Assembly: GCA_964016885.1 (NCBI GenBank) | Contig: OZ024742.1 | Span: 73,098,001-73,162,000 of the forward strand | Length of the DNA: 64,000 nucleotides | Source: Eledone cirrhosa | Lineage: Eukaryota | Direction: 5' to 3' | Part shown: in pieces, positions 28,940 through 40,413 of the stretch | Layout of the letters: every line of letters begins with the position of its first letter | Position numbering within the stretch: position 1 is the stretch's first letter | Notes under the pieces: model-generated | The model's database searches: none | The model's input: the letters and a program-made list of their open reading frames with translations, nothing else | Told to the model about the DNA's origin: nothing | Translations under genes and position numbers: made by a program

Positions 28940-29720
28940 AACTTTAAAAGTGGTCCAAAGGGGCTCACTGCCCTCCCTAAGGGGTTCCCTTGCAAAATTC
29001 AAGTGATAACAAATGTGCGGTGCTTTATCTTATGGCAGGTAATAACCATTTTGTTTAGTTTTTGTAAGAATCAAGTATAAACTCCCGAGGTTATGGTGCT
29101 TTTTTATTGTGGCAGTTAACTTTCATAGGTTAATGAATTGGGCTAATTGTCCCCGAGGGAGTCCTCTTGCTGAATTGAAATGAAAGTAAATGTGCCTCAC
29201 TGTATCTTCATCTGTAGTACATGAATAACAACTAAGTCGAAATTCATTTAATTGGACTACCAATTATCAAAGCTATGACCCTTTGCTGCATTACAATAGC
29301 CAAATTTAATAAATGACTCGCCAGGGCTTACTGCCCCCTGGGGGTTCCCTTGCTTGTTCCAGGTATAGATAGTGTCTTGAACATCATCTTTAGGCAATGG
29401 GTAACCAATGTGTCCGGTAAAGATAAAATCGAACGTAAACTTCAAAAGTTATCAGGTTCTAATACAGTGTTAATGTGAACTTCAATAGATAAGTCGAAGG
29501 GGCTTACTACCCCCCCCCCCCCCGGGGTCCCCTTGATAAGTTCAAGTAAAAGTTCATGTGTTCACCTTCCTTTATAAGCCATGGGTAACCAATACGTCTC
29601 GCTTCGTGAAAACCAAACACCAACTCAAGCAGTTATGACGTTTTGTTGCATTGATGATATCAACTTCAACATTCGTCAAGTCGGTTTACTGCCTCCCAAG
29701 GGGTCCCCTACCTGAATTTC
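28940..29720. repeat. ~180-bp degenerate tandem repeats in the Helitron 5' region
   Basis: gggcttactgccccc..ggggtcccct motif at ~28960, 29150, 29325, 29500, 29685. Confidence 0.65.
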
Positions 29721-30201
29721 TGCACAAGTGCATGCCTGCAAATTTATTTGTAGGCCATAAGCAAACAAAAAATTAATTTTGGTGAAAATGGGAGGCAAAC
29801 TGCAGGAATTATGGGACCTTTATGCAGTAGTACTGCTGACTTCAAGCGAGAGGCTTAAGGGGGTTATCTGCCTATGGGGGGCCCCACAATCGATGTACAG
29901 AAAAATAATTACGATGTGTAATAGGACTTCAGAAACCTTTGTATGAAATTTAGTGCAAATTGGTTGTAAAATGTAGAAATGCATGCGGTTACACAGACAG
30001 ACAGACATCTTCTGTTTTATATATATAGATTGGTCTTATTTTCCTCCCAATAAAAGGCACTAGGGCCTATTTTCAGGGTAAGGCTTATATATTTACACAA
30101 AAAATAACAGTACAAGAGTTTTGATAAAAGTATTGTTATACTGATGTCAAAAATAGAATTTTTAAATAGCCATATGTTAATTTATTAAAATAAAGGATAT
30201 A

Positions 30202-30358
30202 TACAAGTTGGGCATAAAGTCTTTCCCAGATTATAAAATACCATATTTTGAGATGTTACTTGTTCATTGTTTTAATTTATAAATTTCAAGTTTCAGTAAC
30301 AAAATGGCATCTATGAAACAAAAAGCTCAGTGTGGAAAGACTTTACACTTGCCCTGTA
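30202..30358. mobile_element. Small degenerate mariner-like MITE
   Basis: TACAAGTTGGGCATAAAGTCTTTCC / GGAAAGACTTTACACTTGCCCTGTA imperfect TIRs. Confidence 0.5.
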
Positions 30359-31074
30359 TCATAAAGTTAAAAACAATATCATTAAATGAATTTATTGTAT
30401 TAGTAATCAGACTCTGGAAATCTGCATTTTATATTATTTTTTATATAACATTTTCCCGTTAAAATGCACCAAGGCTTATTTGCAGGGTAAAGCTTATATT
30501 GGACAGTAACATAAACATCACGCACCAGAGCTTATTTTTAGAGTAGGTCCTATAATAGAGGAAACATGGTACTATGGGGTCGCTCAACCTTCTAGAAATA
30601 GCAACTAATTCTCTATCAAATCATGCTCAACTATCTTGAGAGGAAGGAGGCATTGAATAATATAGTTTGAAATCAGCTGTCTGAAAAGGGATGGTCATGT
30701 TCAGAATGTCTGTGATGATTAAGTCTTTTTAGTTAGTGCTGACTAAAGGCTAAACAACGACAAACTTAAAATAATATAACCTTGAGGAGAGGGGGGGGGG
30801 CATGAAAACTTCTGGTGACCCTTGATGTGAATAAAATTAACATCTGTGACAATACCTACATTAAAATCACAGCTGATGACTTACATGTTATGTGGTCCTC
30901 AACAAGAACAATAAGAGACAGGTGGTTGTCTTTTTTTTTCTTTTTTTTTGTGTGTGGGAGTTTTTGTCTTGTGTGGTAGATTTAATCTGTTGCCAAGTGT
31001 AAATCACCACATAGCCTTTTCCTGATCTCCTCTTCATTGACAAAGTAGTAAAAAGTTTGTTTGTACATATTTAA

Positions 31075-31822
31075 TTAAGAATGTAGGATTCACATGCAGC
31101 AGCTGTGCTGAAACAGCAAGCAAACAGCCACAGGAAACAAGTACCACCAATCTCTGGGAGGGCCCTGTAGAAACAGTAGACAGCTTCTGCTACCTAGGTG
31201 ACCGAATTAGCAACGGAGGTGGGTGCTCAGAAAGTACAATAACTAGGGTAGCATAAGAGGAATCAAATGCTGCGTGCAGGAGAGGCGGTTACGCTGGTAT
31301 GGACATGTGATGCGTATGAAGGATGACAGCTGCATAAAAAGGTGCAGAGCACTAGAAGTTGATGGAAACCGCGGAGTGGGGAGACCCAAGATGACTTGGG
31401 ATGAGATGATAAAAGCCGACCTTACCCAACTACACCTCTCAAAGTCAATGACACACGACCGTGACTTCTGGCGTCACGCAGTAATACAGGGTACCCGACC
31501 TCCCATGGGTACATGCTGAAGCATATAAACAATATGCCCCCCCCCCCCACCGCAAGGTGGTCGTGGAGGTGCCACGGCAAAAAAGCACCCAGCCCACACT
31601 GTAAAGTGGACGTGTAGGCGCCACGAAAAAGCACCCAGCACTCACTGTAAATGAGGTTGGTGTTAGGAAGGGCATCCAGCTGTAGAAATCAAGCCAGATC
31701 AGTTCCTGTATGAGCAAGGCATGGTCAGCCGACCAGACACTGCCCACAACAGGACAACCCGTCTAACCCATGCTAGCGTGGAAGAACGGACGTAAAACGG
31801 TGATGATGATGATGATGATGAT
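31075..31822 (+). mobile_element. RTE LINE 3' fragment with internal deletion
   Basis: VDSFCYLGD..., QERRLRWYGHVMRMKDDSCIKRCR, then 3' UTR and (GAT)n tail. Confidence 0.88.
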
Positions 31823-31895
31823 ATTTCTGACAAACTACTAACACCCCCCTTCAAAATTGATATACGCACCAATTAAATATTGTCAAAAATTACAC

Positions 31896-32092
31896 TTAAC
31901 CCTTTAGCATTTACATGGTAAAGGTTTTACCTCACATAATTATCTCACATAATATCGAATCTATGAGATTTTGATATTATTTTGAGAACAATAACTTAAC
32001 ATAAGTATGAGCAGCCGGTTACAGTTGGTTTGAACAGAAAGATATGAGAGAATTCTGGTTGGATATGGCCGGTTTAAATACCAATGGGGTAA
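31896..32092. mobile_element. piggyBac-type MITE, third copy
   Basis: TTAACCCTTTAGCATT start; body homologous to 10669 and 11301. Confidence 0.65.
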
Positions 32093-32404
32093 GCCACCTC
32101 TGTATAGAACATTTACATATTAGTCATATTAGTTTGAACATGGTTTCATCATTCTTCAGAATACTGCATACCACATGTCTGTGTTTATATTTACAAGGAA
32201 TTGTATTATTTCACAGAATCTACATTCTTGTTATGTTCAGCATATTGGTTAAATAAAATCATAAATTCTTCTATTGTCTTTATCACACATAAGGCAAACA
32301 TTTTGAATTTTGAAGTATTTCTATCCTATATTGAAAAGATTCGTTAACATCAGTAGTAATAGTAGTAGTAGTAGTAGTAGTAGTAGCATTGATTCATAAT
32401 AATG

Positions 32405-32970
32405 ATTTCTACTATAGGCACAAGGCCAGCAATTTGGGGGGAGGGGAAAGTTGATTAAATTGACCCCACTGCATTACTGGTGCTTTATTTTATCGATCCC
32501 GTAAGGATGAAAGACAAAGATGTCCTCAGTAGGATTTGAACTCAGAATATAAACAAATACCACCAAGCATCCATCTGATGATCAAACAACTCTGCCAATC
32601 TACCGCCCTCATAATAATAATAATAATGCTTCTACTTTTGGCACAAGGCCAGCAATGATCTCAGTGCATTACTGGTACTTTATTTTATCAACCCAGTAAG
32701 GATGAAAGACAAAGTTAACCTCGGCGGGATTTGAACTCAAAATGTACAGTTTCTAATTTAGGCACAGGGCCAACAATTTGGAAGTGGTGGGGAGAAAGTC
32801 GATTAAATTGACCTCAGTACATTACTGGTACTTTATTTTATCAACCCCGTTGGGATGAAAGACAAAGCTAACCTCAGCAGGATTTGAACTCAGAACATAA
32901 AGGGTCATAACTCTATGCTGCAAAGTATGTTGTCCGACACTCTACCGATACTGCTAATCCAATGCCCTTA
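32405..32970 (-). mobile_element. Three tandem SINE family A copies
   Basis: Three ggcacaaggccagcaa...ggatttgaactcaga units. Confidence 0.8.
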
Positions 32971-33989
32971 ATAATAATAGTAATAATGAGCACGCATTTA
33001 GAGTAGTATTAATATGAGTATTAGTAGCTATAAGAAGAGCAATAGGAAAAAGGGATGTATTTAATTAATTAACCAGCTATTGATGGTATTAAATTAGACA
33101 GCTTAACAAGAACACTAAAACTAATCTTAATTAAAACACTCAAGTCAAGATTCTCTGTCAACAAAACTAGAAATTTGTGAGAAGATTTCACAGCTAGAAG
33201 CAACAAAATTTAACAGATTTACACACAATGAAAATCTATTAATGTTCAAATGAGGAAAAAACTTTAGTAACAAAATATTTTGTTAATTTGTTGCCTGTTC
33301 TTTTCATAGCTTATTTTCTAATATATTATTTCTATCCATTATTACCGTCTATTATTACTATTTATCATTACATTGCAGTCATCAATATTTTCTATTATTA
33401 CAGTCTTTCATTACTATCTGTCATTATAATTTATCACTACAGACTATCATTACAGTATATGATTATTGTCTATTATTACAAATTGTCGAGACATGTGGCT
33501 TAGTGGTTTGGTTGTTTGGTTCTTGATAGTTAGGTCACGAGTTTGATTCCTGCCTGTGCCAGGCATCATATTTGTGACCTTGAGCAAGACACTTTATTTC
33601 ATGTTGCTCCAGTGGTCTGAGGTCTTATCATCCCTTTCTATCTTAACTATAATAAAGGGAGGAGTGCGGGAAAGCATCCAGAATATATTTTTTAATCTCG
33701 TTAGTAAAATAAGTTGGATTACTTTGAATAGATAATGAATGAATATTACATAATTTATCTACTTATTTTCGCAACAAATGATTAATCATAAATAATTTTA
33801 TTGCATATTTCAAGATTCACTTCTTTTAAAAGATTCAAATTTCAATACTTCCGGTATATCGCCACAACCACCACCACCACCATATATATATATATAGGAA
33901 CGAGTAGGACCCCACTCGTTCCTATTACCCTAAGTATTGAGTGCTTTGGTGCGTTATGGTCCACCTGGTTCCTTACCACATTTCCTTCG

Positions 33990-34122
<133 letters not shown>

Positions 34123-34203
34123 TGAGAGAGACAGATCGAGAAAGAAAGAGAGAGTGTGTGAAGAGAGAGATACAAAGAGACTATGCGACATATATATATA
34201 CAC

Positions 34204-34496
34204 ATCACAGAAAAAAAGAGAATCAGTGTTGCGACGAATGGAATTTATTGGACATATTACAATTGTTTCTCTGGCAACCAGCTCGGGGCACGATCGATAT
34301 GATGTTCGAACCTGACTCTGAAAATCGCAAGGTCCTCAGATACGTAGAATCAAAACGTATCTGAGGACCTTGCGATTTTCAGAGTCAGGTTCGATCATCA
34401 CATCAATCGTGCCTCGAGCTGGTCGCCAGAGAAACAATTGTAATATGTCCAATAAATTCTATTCGTCGCAACACTGATTCTCTTTTTTTCTGTGAT
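34204..34496. mobile_element. Palindromic pLTR-like element (142-bp arms, 9-nt loop)
   Basis: 34204-34345 is near-reverse-complement of 34355-34496; ~80-bp one-sided extension, then (TA)n. Confidence 0.75.
34356..34447 (+). ncRNA. Type-I hammerhead ribozyme with extended (~63-nt) stem II region (mirror copy on minus strand 34253-34344)
   Basis: cgtat CTGAGGA [63 nt] GAAAC AATT GTA atatg; stem I cgtat/atatg, palindromic stem III ACAATTGT. Confidence 0.7.
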
Positions 34497-34680
34497 ATCA
34501 TACTCTGCTCTATGAGAGCATCGAGTGCTCATATGGCCTACCGCATATGGACGCTTTAAGCATCCAACACCAATTATATATATATATAAAACTAGATAGT
34601 GAAATAGAACTTCCGCTGTTTGTAAACAAAGCTAATTTTCAAAACAACGCAAAGCTCTGTATCTTTCTATATATATATAT

Positions 34681-35068
34681 TCTTTAGAAATACGAAATTT
34701 CTATACATATTGTATAAAGCTATGCTTGAAGCGAAATCTTATTTCTTTTCTATTATAAGTTGAGCCAACTTAAGCAGCTTCATATACAAATGAGATTAAT
34801 TACCTCATCTACACAGACGAGAAAGCTATATATTCTCAAATGTTTTCAAGTCCAGCAGTAGAAAGCGGTGGGAGGGACCGTCTTGACGAAGGCCAGTCAA
34901 GCCTGAAATGCATAGACGGTTGTCCCCCTTGCCTCTGCTGGACACTACCAGAGGGCGTTAGCCCCGGTGTTTGCATAGCTACAGCTTCCTAAAACCGTAT
35001 TTCTTTAGAAATACAAAATTTCTATACATATTGTATAAAGCTATGCTTGATGCGAAATCTTATTTCTT
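34681..35068 (+). mobile_element. Retrozyme- or pLTR-like unit: 67-bp direct repeats, 321-bp period, between (TA)n tracts
   Basis: 34681-34747 matches 35002-35068 with 2 mismatches; encloses a hammerhead motif. Confidence 0.6.
34877..34920 (+). ncRNA. Minimal type-I hammerhead ribozyme (C3U variant)
   Basis: accgtc TTGACGA aggc-cagtcaa-gcct GAAA tgc ATA gacggt; perfect 6-bp stem I, 4-bp stem II, palindromic ATGCAT stem III. Confidence 0.7.
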
Positions 35069-35199
35069 ATATATATATATCTTTCTATTGGTCTTTCCAA
35101 TTGCTAATACTATCTATTGGTCGCAACTCCAGGTAGAAGGAGCTTCATGAAATAAAGTGTCTTGCTCAAGGAGATTTCCTTGGTCCGATTTGACGACAG

Positions 35200-35256
<57 letters not shown>

Positions 35257-35380
35257 TATATATATGTATATATATAGAGAGAGAGGGGGAGAAATAAAGA
35301 GATTAGGATTTTTTCAACGCACTGATGTGTATTATGTGTGTGTGTATGTGTATAGTTGTGCGTATGTGCATATACATACA

Positions 35381-35740
35381 TTACAAGCAGGTAATACACA
35401 CATCTAGGACCACATACAACACACAAGTAGGTAATACTCACATCTAGGACCAGATACAACACACAAGCAAGTAATACTCACATCTAGGACCACATAGAAC
35501 TCACAAGCAGGTAATACACATATCTAGGACCACATACAGCACACAAGCAGGTAATACACACATCTAGGACCATGTGCAACACACAAGCAGGTAATACACA
35601 CATCTAGGACCACATACAACACACAAGCAGGTAATACACACATCTAGGACCACATACAACTCACAAGCAGGTAATATATGCACCTAGGACCACATATAAC
35701 ACACAAGTAAGTAATACATACATCTAGGGCGACATACAAC
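35381..35740. repeat. 40-bp minisatellite, 9 units
   Basis: acacaagcaggtaatacacacatctaggaccacatacaac in exact 40-bp phase. Confidence 0.95.
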
Positions 35741-35823
35741 AAAAGGCAGGTGAAAGGGGTGGACAAACGAGCTACTACCAGAGCAAAAGATAACAATATC
35801 GCAGGGACCACTGGGAAACCTCT

Positions 35824-36270
35824 CTAATAATTTTTGAGGCAAGCCAGTACACTCGCAGCGTTACCTGGGGTGATGGCAAGGCTAAGGTACTGGAACAACC
35901 AAGCGCCTTCACGAGCATCACCAGTTACCTCTGTTAGGCAAGCCGCCAGTGAAGATAAGAATCTTGCAGTCAGTAGCCTGATTTCCCCAAACATCTCGAA
36001 CGCCATAGGCTGGAAAATGTAGTTAGCCAACAGAACACGGTATTTTGGGATTTTGTTCTGTTCAGCTGCAGATGCTGTGGCTCTCGCCCTTACTGCTGCA
36101 TCCAGGATGAGGGAAGAAGCAAAAGAGTCACTAACTGTGATGTCCCAGACAAGGCGTCTGCCTCTTGACCAGGATCACAGTGTAAGACCGTCAGGTCTTT
36201 TCCCATCAATTCTGGACAACCCAATCAGTTTCAAAATTGAGGCGATGTTTGCCCGGGCCACAGCTCTTCA
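35824..36270 (-). mobile_element. CRE-like non-LTR retrotransposon, REL (PD-D/ExK) endonuclease fragment
   Basis: Reads DGKRPDGLTL*SWSRGRRLVWDITVSDS...AEQNKIPKY...FQPMAFEMFG...WLFQYLSLAITPGNAASVL. Confidence 0.8.
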
Positions 36271-36529
36271 GTGGTAATAGGACAGTGTGTGTATGTGCGT
36301 ATCGGCATTCTTAAATTAGAGACGTGTGTGTGTTATATATATGTGTGTGGCTGGTCATGCTTTGGGATCCAGCTGGATCAGTTAGAGCTGTTTGCTTCTG
36401 ACAGACTAACTGGAAAGCGTGTTTGAGGAGGACACTGCCCCTACGACCTTCTCAGAAATAAGTGGACGAAGAAGAAGATATTGTCAATTTACTTTTCAAT
36501 TTACATATATCTATAAGCATATATATATA

Positions 36530-36890
36530 TCATCATCATCATCACCACCGTTTTGTGTCCGTTCTTCCACGCCAGCATAAGTTAGACGGTTGTCCTGTTG
36601 TGGGCAGTGTCCAGTCCAGTTGGCTGATTTTGTCTTGCTCATACTGGAACTGATTCTGGCTTGATTTCTACAGCTGGATGCCTTTCCTAACACCAACCTC
36701 ATTTACAGTGAGTGCAGGGTGCTTTTTTGCCGTGGCACCTCCACGACCACTTTGCAGTAGAATGATAGGGACCCCAGTCCCTATCATCTCATTTCTACAG
36801 CTGAGTAAACTGGAGCAATGTGAAATAAAGTGTCTTGCTCAAGGAAACAACACATCACCCGGTCTGAGAATTGAACTCACAACCTTTCGA
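36530..36890 (-). mobile_element. tRNA-SINE family B (5'-truncated) with RTE-type tail
   Basis: Near-identical to 56085-56414 and to the reverse complement of 61771-62117. Confidence 0.8.
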
Positions 36891-37138
36891 TTATATATAT
36901 ATATATATTACATGAAACAAAGTTCTGTTTAAATCATTTATCTGCTTACAATTGTTTCTTCCAAACCGAGGTTGGGAGTCTTCGGAGCAATTATTCAGTG
37001 ATTTTTAACATACTTGACCTCCTTTTCAACACAAGAGACATATATAAACATATGTATATATTGACCCACAGTGGGTTGACATCCATTATAATATTATTAT
37101 AATGGATGTCAACCCACTGTGGTTCAATATATACATAC

Positions 37139-37493
37139 TGGCGTCACACAGTAATACAGAGTACCCGACCTCCCATGGGTACATGCTGAAGCATATAAAC
37201 AATATGCCCCCACACCCCCCACCGCAAGGTGGTCGTGGAGGTGCCACGGCAAAAAAGCACCCAGCCCACACTGTAAAGTGGACGTGTAGGCGCCACAAAA
37301 AAGCACCCAGCACTCACTGTAAATGAGGTTGGTGTTAGGAAGGGCATCCAGCTGTAGAAATCAAGCCAGATCAGTTCCTGTATGAGCAAGGCATGGTCAG
37401 CCGACCAGACACTGCACACAACAGGACAACCCGTCTAACCCATGCTAGCGTGGAAGAACGGACGTAAAATGGTGATGATGATGATGATGATGA
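37139..37493 (+). mobile_element. RTE LINE extreme 3' fragment
   Basis: Nearly identical to 31468-31822. Confidence 0.88.
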
Positions 37494-37543
37494 TGTCTCT
37501 TGTGTTGAAAAGGAAGTCAAGTATGTTAAAAATCACTGAATAA

Positions 37544-37592
37544 TTGCTCTGAAGACTCCCAACCTCGGTTTGGAAGAAACAATTGTAAGCAG
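37544..37592 (+). ncRNA. Minimal type-I hammerhead ribozyme
   Basis: ttgct CTGAAGA ctcccaacc-tc-ggtttggaa GAAAC AATT GTA agcag; the mirror copy near 36941-36990 has core CCGAAGA. Confidence 0.78.
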
Positions 37593-37820
37593 ATAAATTA
37601 TTTAAACAGAACTTTGTTTCATGTAATCTCTATATAACTGCTCTGTAAAACAACTGATGTTGTTACATTGAGCTATTTATCTTACTGGTAATAAGATAGT
37701 AACAAATTACTGTCTTTCACTATTTAGGGTATAATATATATATAACTATAAAAGGTTTTAGTATATACATAACCATAAATAGTATCCTTAATACTATATA
37801 TATATATATATATATATATG

Positions 37821-38148
37821 CAAAAGTTCTATTTAAATTGTTGGGATACAACAAGCAAATATTTTTATAACTGATATAAAGCACTCAACAAGTATTTGGA
37901 GTAAACATACGATATTAACAAATGGAAACTATATTTATAAAACCATAGTTATTTTATTATACATATTTCAAGGACACCACGTTAAATTATGGTATTCTTT
38001 CATCAGACAAAATGCATTTTTTAAGGGTATGTCAATATTTATTTATAAAACTGATCTATATTGTATTTTGTCTGATGAAAGCATACCATAATTTAACGTG
38101 GTGTCCTTGAAATATGTATAATAAAATAAATATGGTTTTATAAATATA
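37821..38148. mobile_element. Palindromic pLTR-like element (87-bp arms), same family as 14715-15165
   Basis: 37930-38016 / 38062-38148 inverted; 37821-37920 is homologous to the reverse complement of 15065-15165; flanked by (TA)n. Confidence 0.75.
38065..38127 (+). ncRNA. Minimal type-I hammerhead ribozyme
   Basis: attttgt CTGATGA aagcataccat..gtggtgtcctt GAAA tatgt ATA ataaaat. Confidence 0.7.
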
Positions 38149-38175
38149 CATATATATATACATATATATATATAT

Positions 38176-39947
38176 TAGCGCAACTAATCAGAGAGAGAAT
38201 TGACCTAGATGAAATGCAGTTCGGGTTTGTGTCAGGCAAAAGTACCACAGACGCTCTTTTCATAGTACGACAACTACAGGAGAAGTACCTAGCTAAAGGT
38301 AAACCCCTCTACTTAGCTTTTGTCGACTTGGAGAAAGCCTTCGACAGAGTCCCCCGCTCCATTATCTGGTGGGCTCTTAGAAAACTAGGCGTTGACGAAT
38401 GGCTTGTGAGGGCTATACAAGCCATGTATAAAGAAACAGTCAGCAAGGTTAGAATTAACAACGAATATAGTGAAGAGTTTAGCGTAAAAGTTGGCGTCCA
38501 TCAGGGCTCTGTTCTCAGCCCCCTACTATTTATTATTGCCCTTCAGGCTATAACAGAGGAGTTCAAGACAGGCTGCCCATGGGAACTCCTATACGCAGAC
38601 AACCTGACACTCATAGCGGAATCAATGGCCGAGCTAGAGAAGAAATTCCAAACATGGAAGCACGGCCTAGAGTCAAAAGGACTTAAAATTAACCTGGCTA
38701 AGACCAAAGTTCTAGTTTGTAGGAAAGAAAATAAGGCGGCAGTCCCTTCTGGGAAATGGTCGTGCTCGGTGTGTAGGAAAGGCGTAGGTAGAAACTCCAT
38801 TTTATGTCCTAAATGCAAAGTATGGGTGCATAAAAGATGTAGTGGGATCACAGGTAAGCTAACTAAGAACATAGATTTTACATGTGGCCGGTGTTCTGGT
38901 GCAATAAGTAGCAGCAAGTGCCCACCAAATACTAGCTCTTTCAATTGCGCAGAGGGTTCTATAGAAATAGTGGACAGCTTCCGTTACCTGGGCGATAAAA
39001 TCAGCAGTGGGGGAGGGTGCTCTGAAAGTACTGTAGCTAGAGTCAGAACTGGTTGGAAAAAGTTCAGAGAGCTTATACCACTATTAGCTGCTAAAGGGTC
39101 TCCCTAAAAATAAAAGGCAGGTTGTACGATGCCTGCATACGAACAGCAATGTTGCATGGCAGTGAGACCTGGGCATTGTGTGCAGAGGATATACGCAGAC
39201 TAGAGAGGAACGAAGCTTGCATGCTCCGCTGGATGTGTAACAGTAATATACGTGAACGGCAAAGCATAAACGAACTAAGGAAAAAATTAGAGATAAGAGG
39301 GATCAGATGTTGTTTACTCGAGAGAAGGCTACGTTGGTATGGACACGTGATGCGCATGAAAGTCGATAGCTGTATAAAAAAGTGCAGGGCAATAAAGATA
39401 GACGGTAGTCACGGAATAGGCAGACCTAGAAAAACCTGGGACGAGCTGATAAACTCCGACATCACACACTTACACCTCTCCAAGACAATGTCACTGGACC
39501 GAGACCTTTGGCGGTACTCAGTAACAGAGAAGACCCGCCTTACCTAAATATATAGTAAAACCTACTCCAGCCAGTAGGCATCTCTAACAAAATACACCCC
39601 CGTCCCACCACCACCACCTCCACCCCATCCACACCACCCCGTTCTATGTAAAGTTATGTTGGTGCCGCGCCATCCAGGCCGAAACAAATGAGATCGTGTA
39701 GGTGTCACGACAAAAAAACACACAGTCCACGCTGTAATGTGGCCGTGTAGGCAACACGGTAAAAACCTCCCAGACCCACACTGTAAATGTGGTTGGTGTT
39801 AGGAAGGGCATCCAACTGTAGAAAACCTGCCAGACAGTCCTATGCGAGCAAGACAATCACTCTTGCCTCAAGTGGGACTACCCCCGTCCAAACCCATGCA
39901 AGCGTGGAACACGGACGTTAAACATTGATGATGATGATGATGATGAT
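38176..39947 (+). mobile_element. RTE LINE family A, 5'-truncated young copy
   Basis: QFGF..STTDA, FVDLEKAFDRVPR, GVHQGSVLSPLLF, LYADN (YADD mutated), Cys-rich insert, FRYLG, RRLRWYGHV; frameshift near 39100; (GAT)n tail. Confidence 0.95.
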
Positions 39948-40049
39948 ATATATACATATATATACATATATATATTTATATATATATATACATATATATA
40001 TACATATAATATATATATACATATACATATATATATATATATACATATA

Positions 40050-40085
<36 letters not shown>

Positions 40086-40144
40086 AATTGAAACAAAATG
40101 AAAACGAAATTTCATTTCTCACTCTTAGTATGGCACTTACTTAA

Positions 40145-40201
40145 ATGTAAGTATGCATGTATACGTACATACATATATGTATACAGACGTACAGTAGCAT
40201 G

Positions 40202-40235
<34 letters not shown>

Positions 40236-40379
40236 TACATACATATGCATACAGGTACACATACATATATGCACGTATCAGTTTAGCGGCGCTTATTATA
40301 ACGTCGCTTTGTTCGTTTGTAAACAAACTGAACAGCCTGAATTTATGCCATACGGTGTACCTGTATGCATATGTATGTA

Positions 40380-40413
<34 letters not shown>

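Larger units (their letters stand above)
22955..30029 (-). mobile_element. Helitron with both termini, decayed autonomous copy
   Basis: Minus-strand 5' end A|TCTATATATATAAAACAG at 30029; 3' end GCCGGGTACCTCTG-CTAG|T at 22955; AT target with no TSD; internal RepHel. Confidence 0.93.
22933..30569. mobile_element. Tc1/mariner (Tc2-like) MITE split by the Helitron insertion
   Basis: Left end TA-CAGTGTTTCTCCTAATATAAGA (22931-22954) continues after the Helitron as TTGGTCTTATTT; right end TCCTATAATAGAGGAAACATGG-TA (to 30571) is its imperfect inverse. Confidence 0.6.
36908..37627. mobile_element. Palindromic pLTR-like element (centre 37094) whose right arm is interrupted by an RTE 3' fragment
   Basis: 36908-37040 pairs with 37494-37627, and 37051-37092 pairs with 37096-37137; RTE tail occupies 37139-37493. 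Confidence 0.75.

Noticed and set aside
35381-35740. Possible CRISPR array or spliced-leader RNA gene array
   Set aside because: Units are contiguous with no unique spacers, the context is eukaryotic, and no Sm site or SL-like fold is seen
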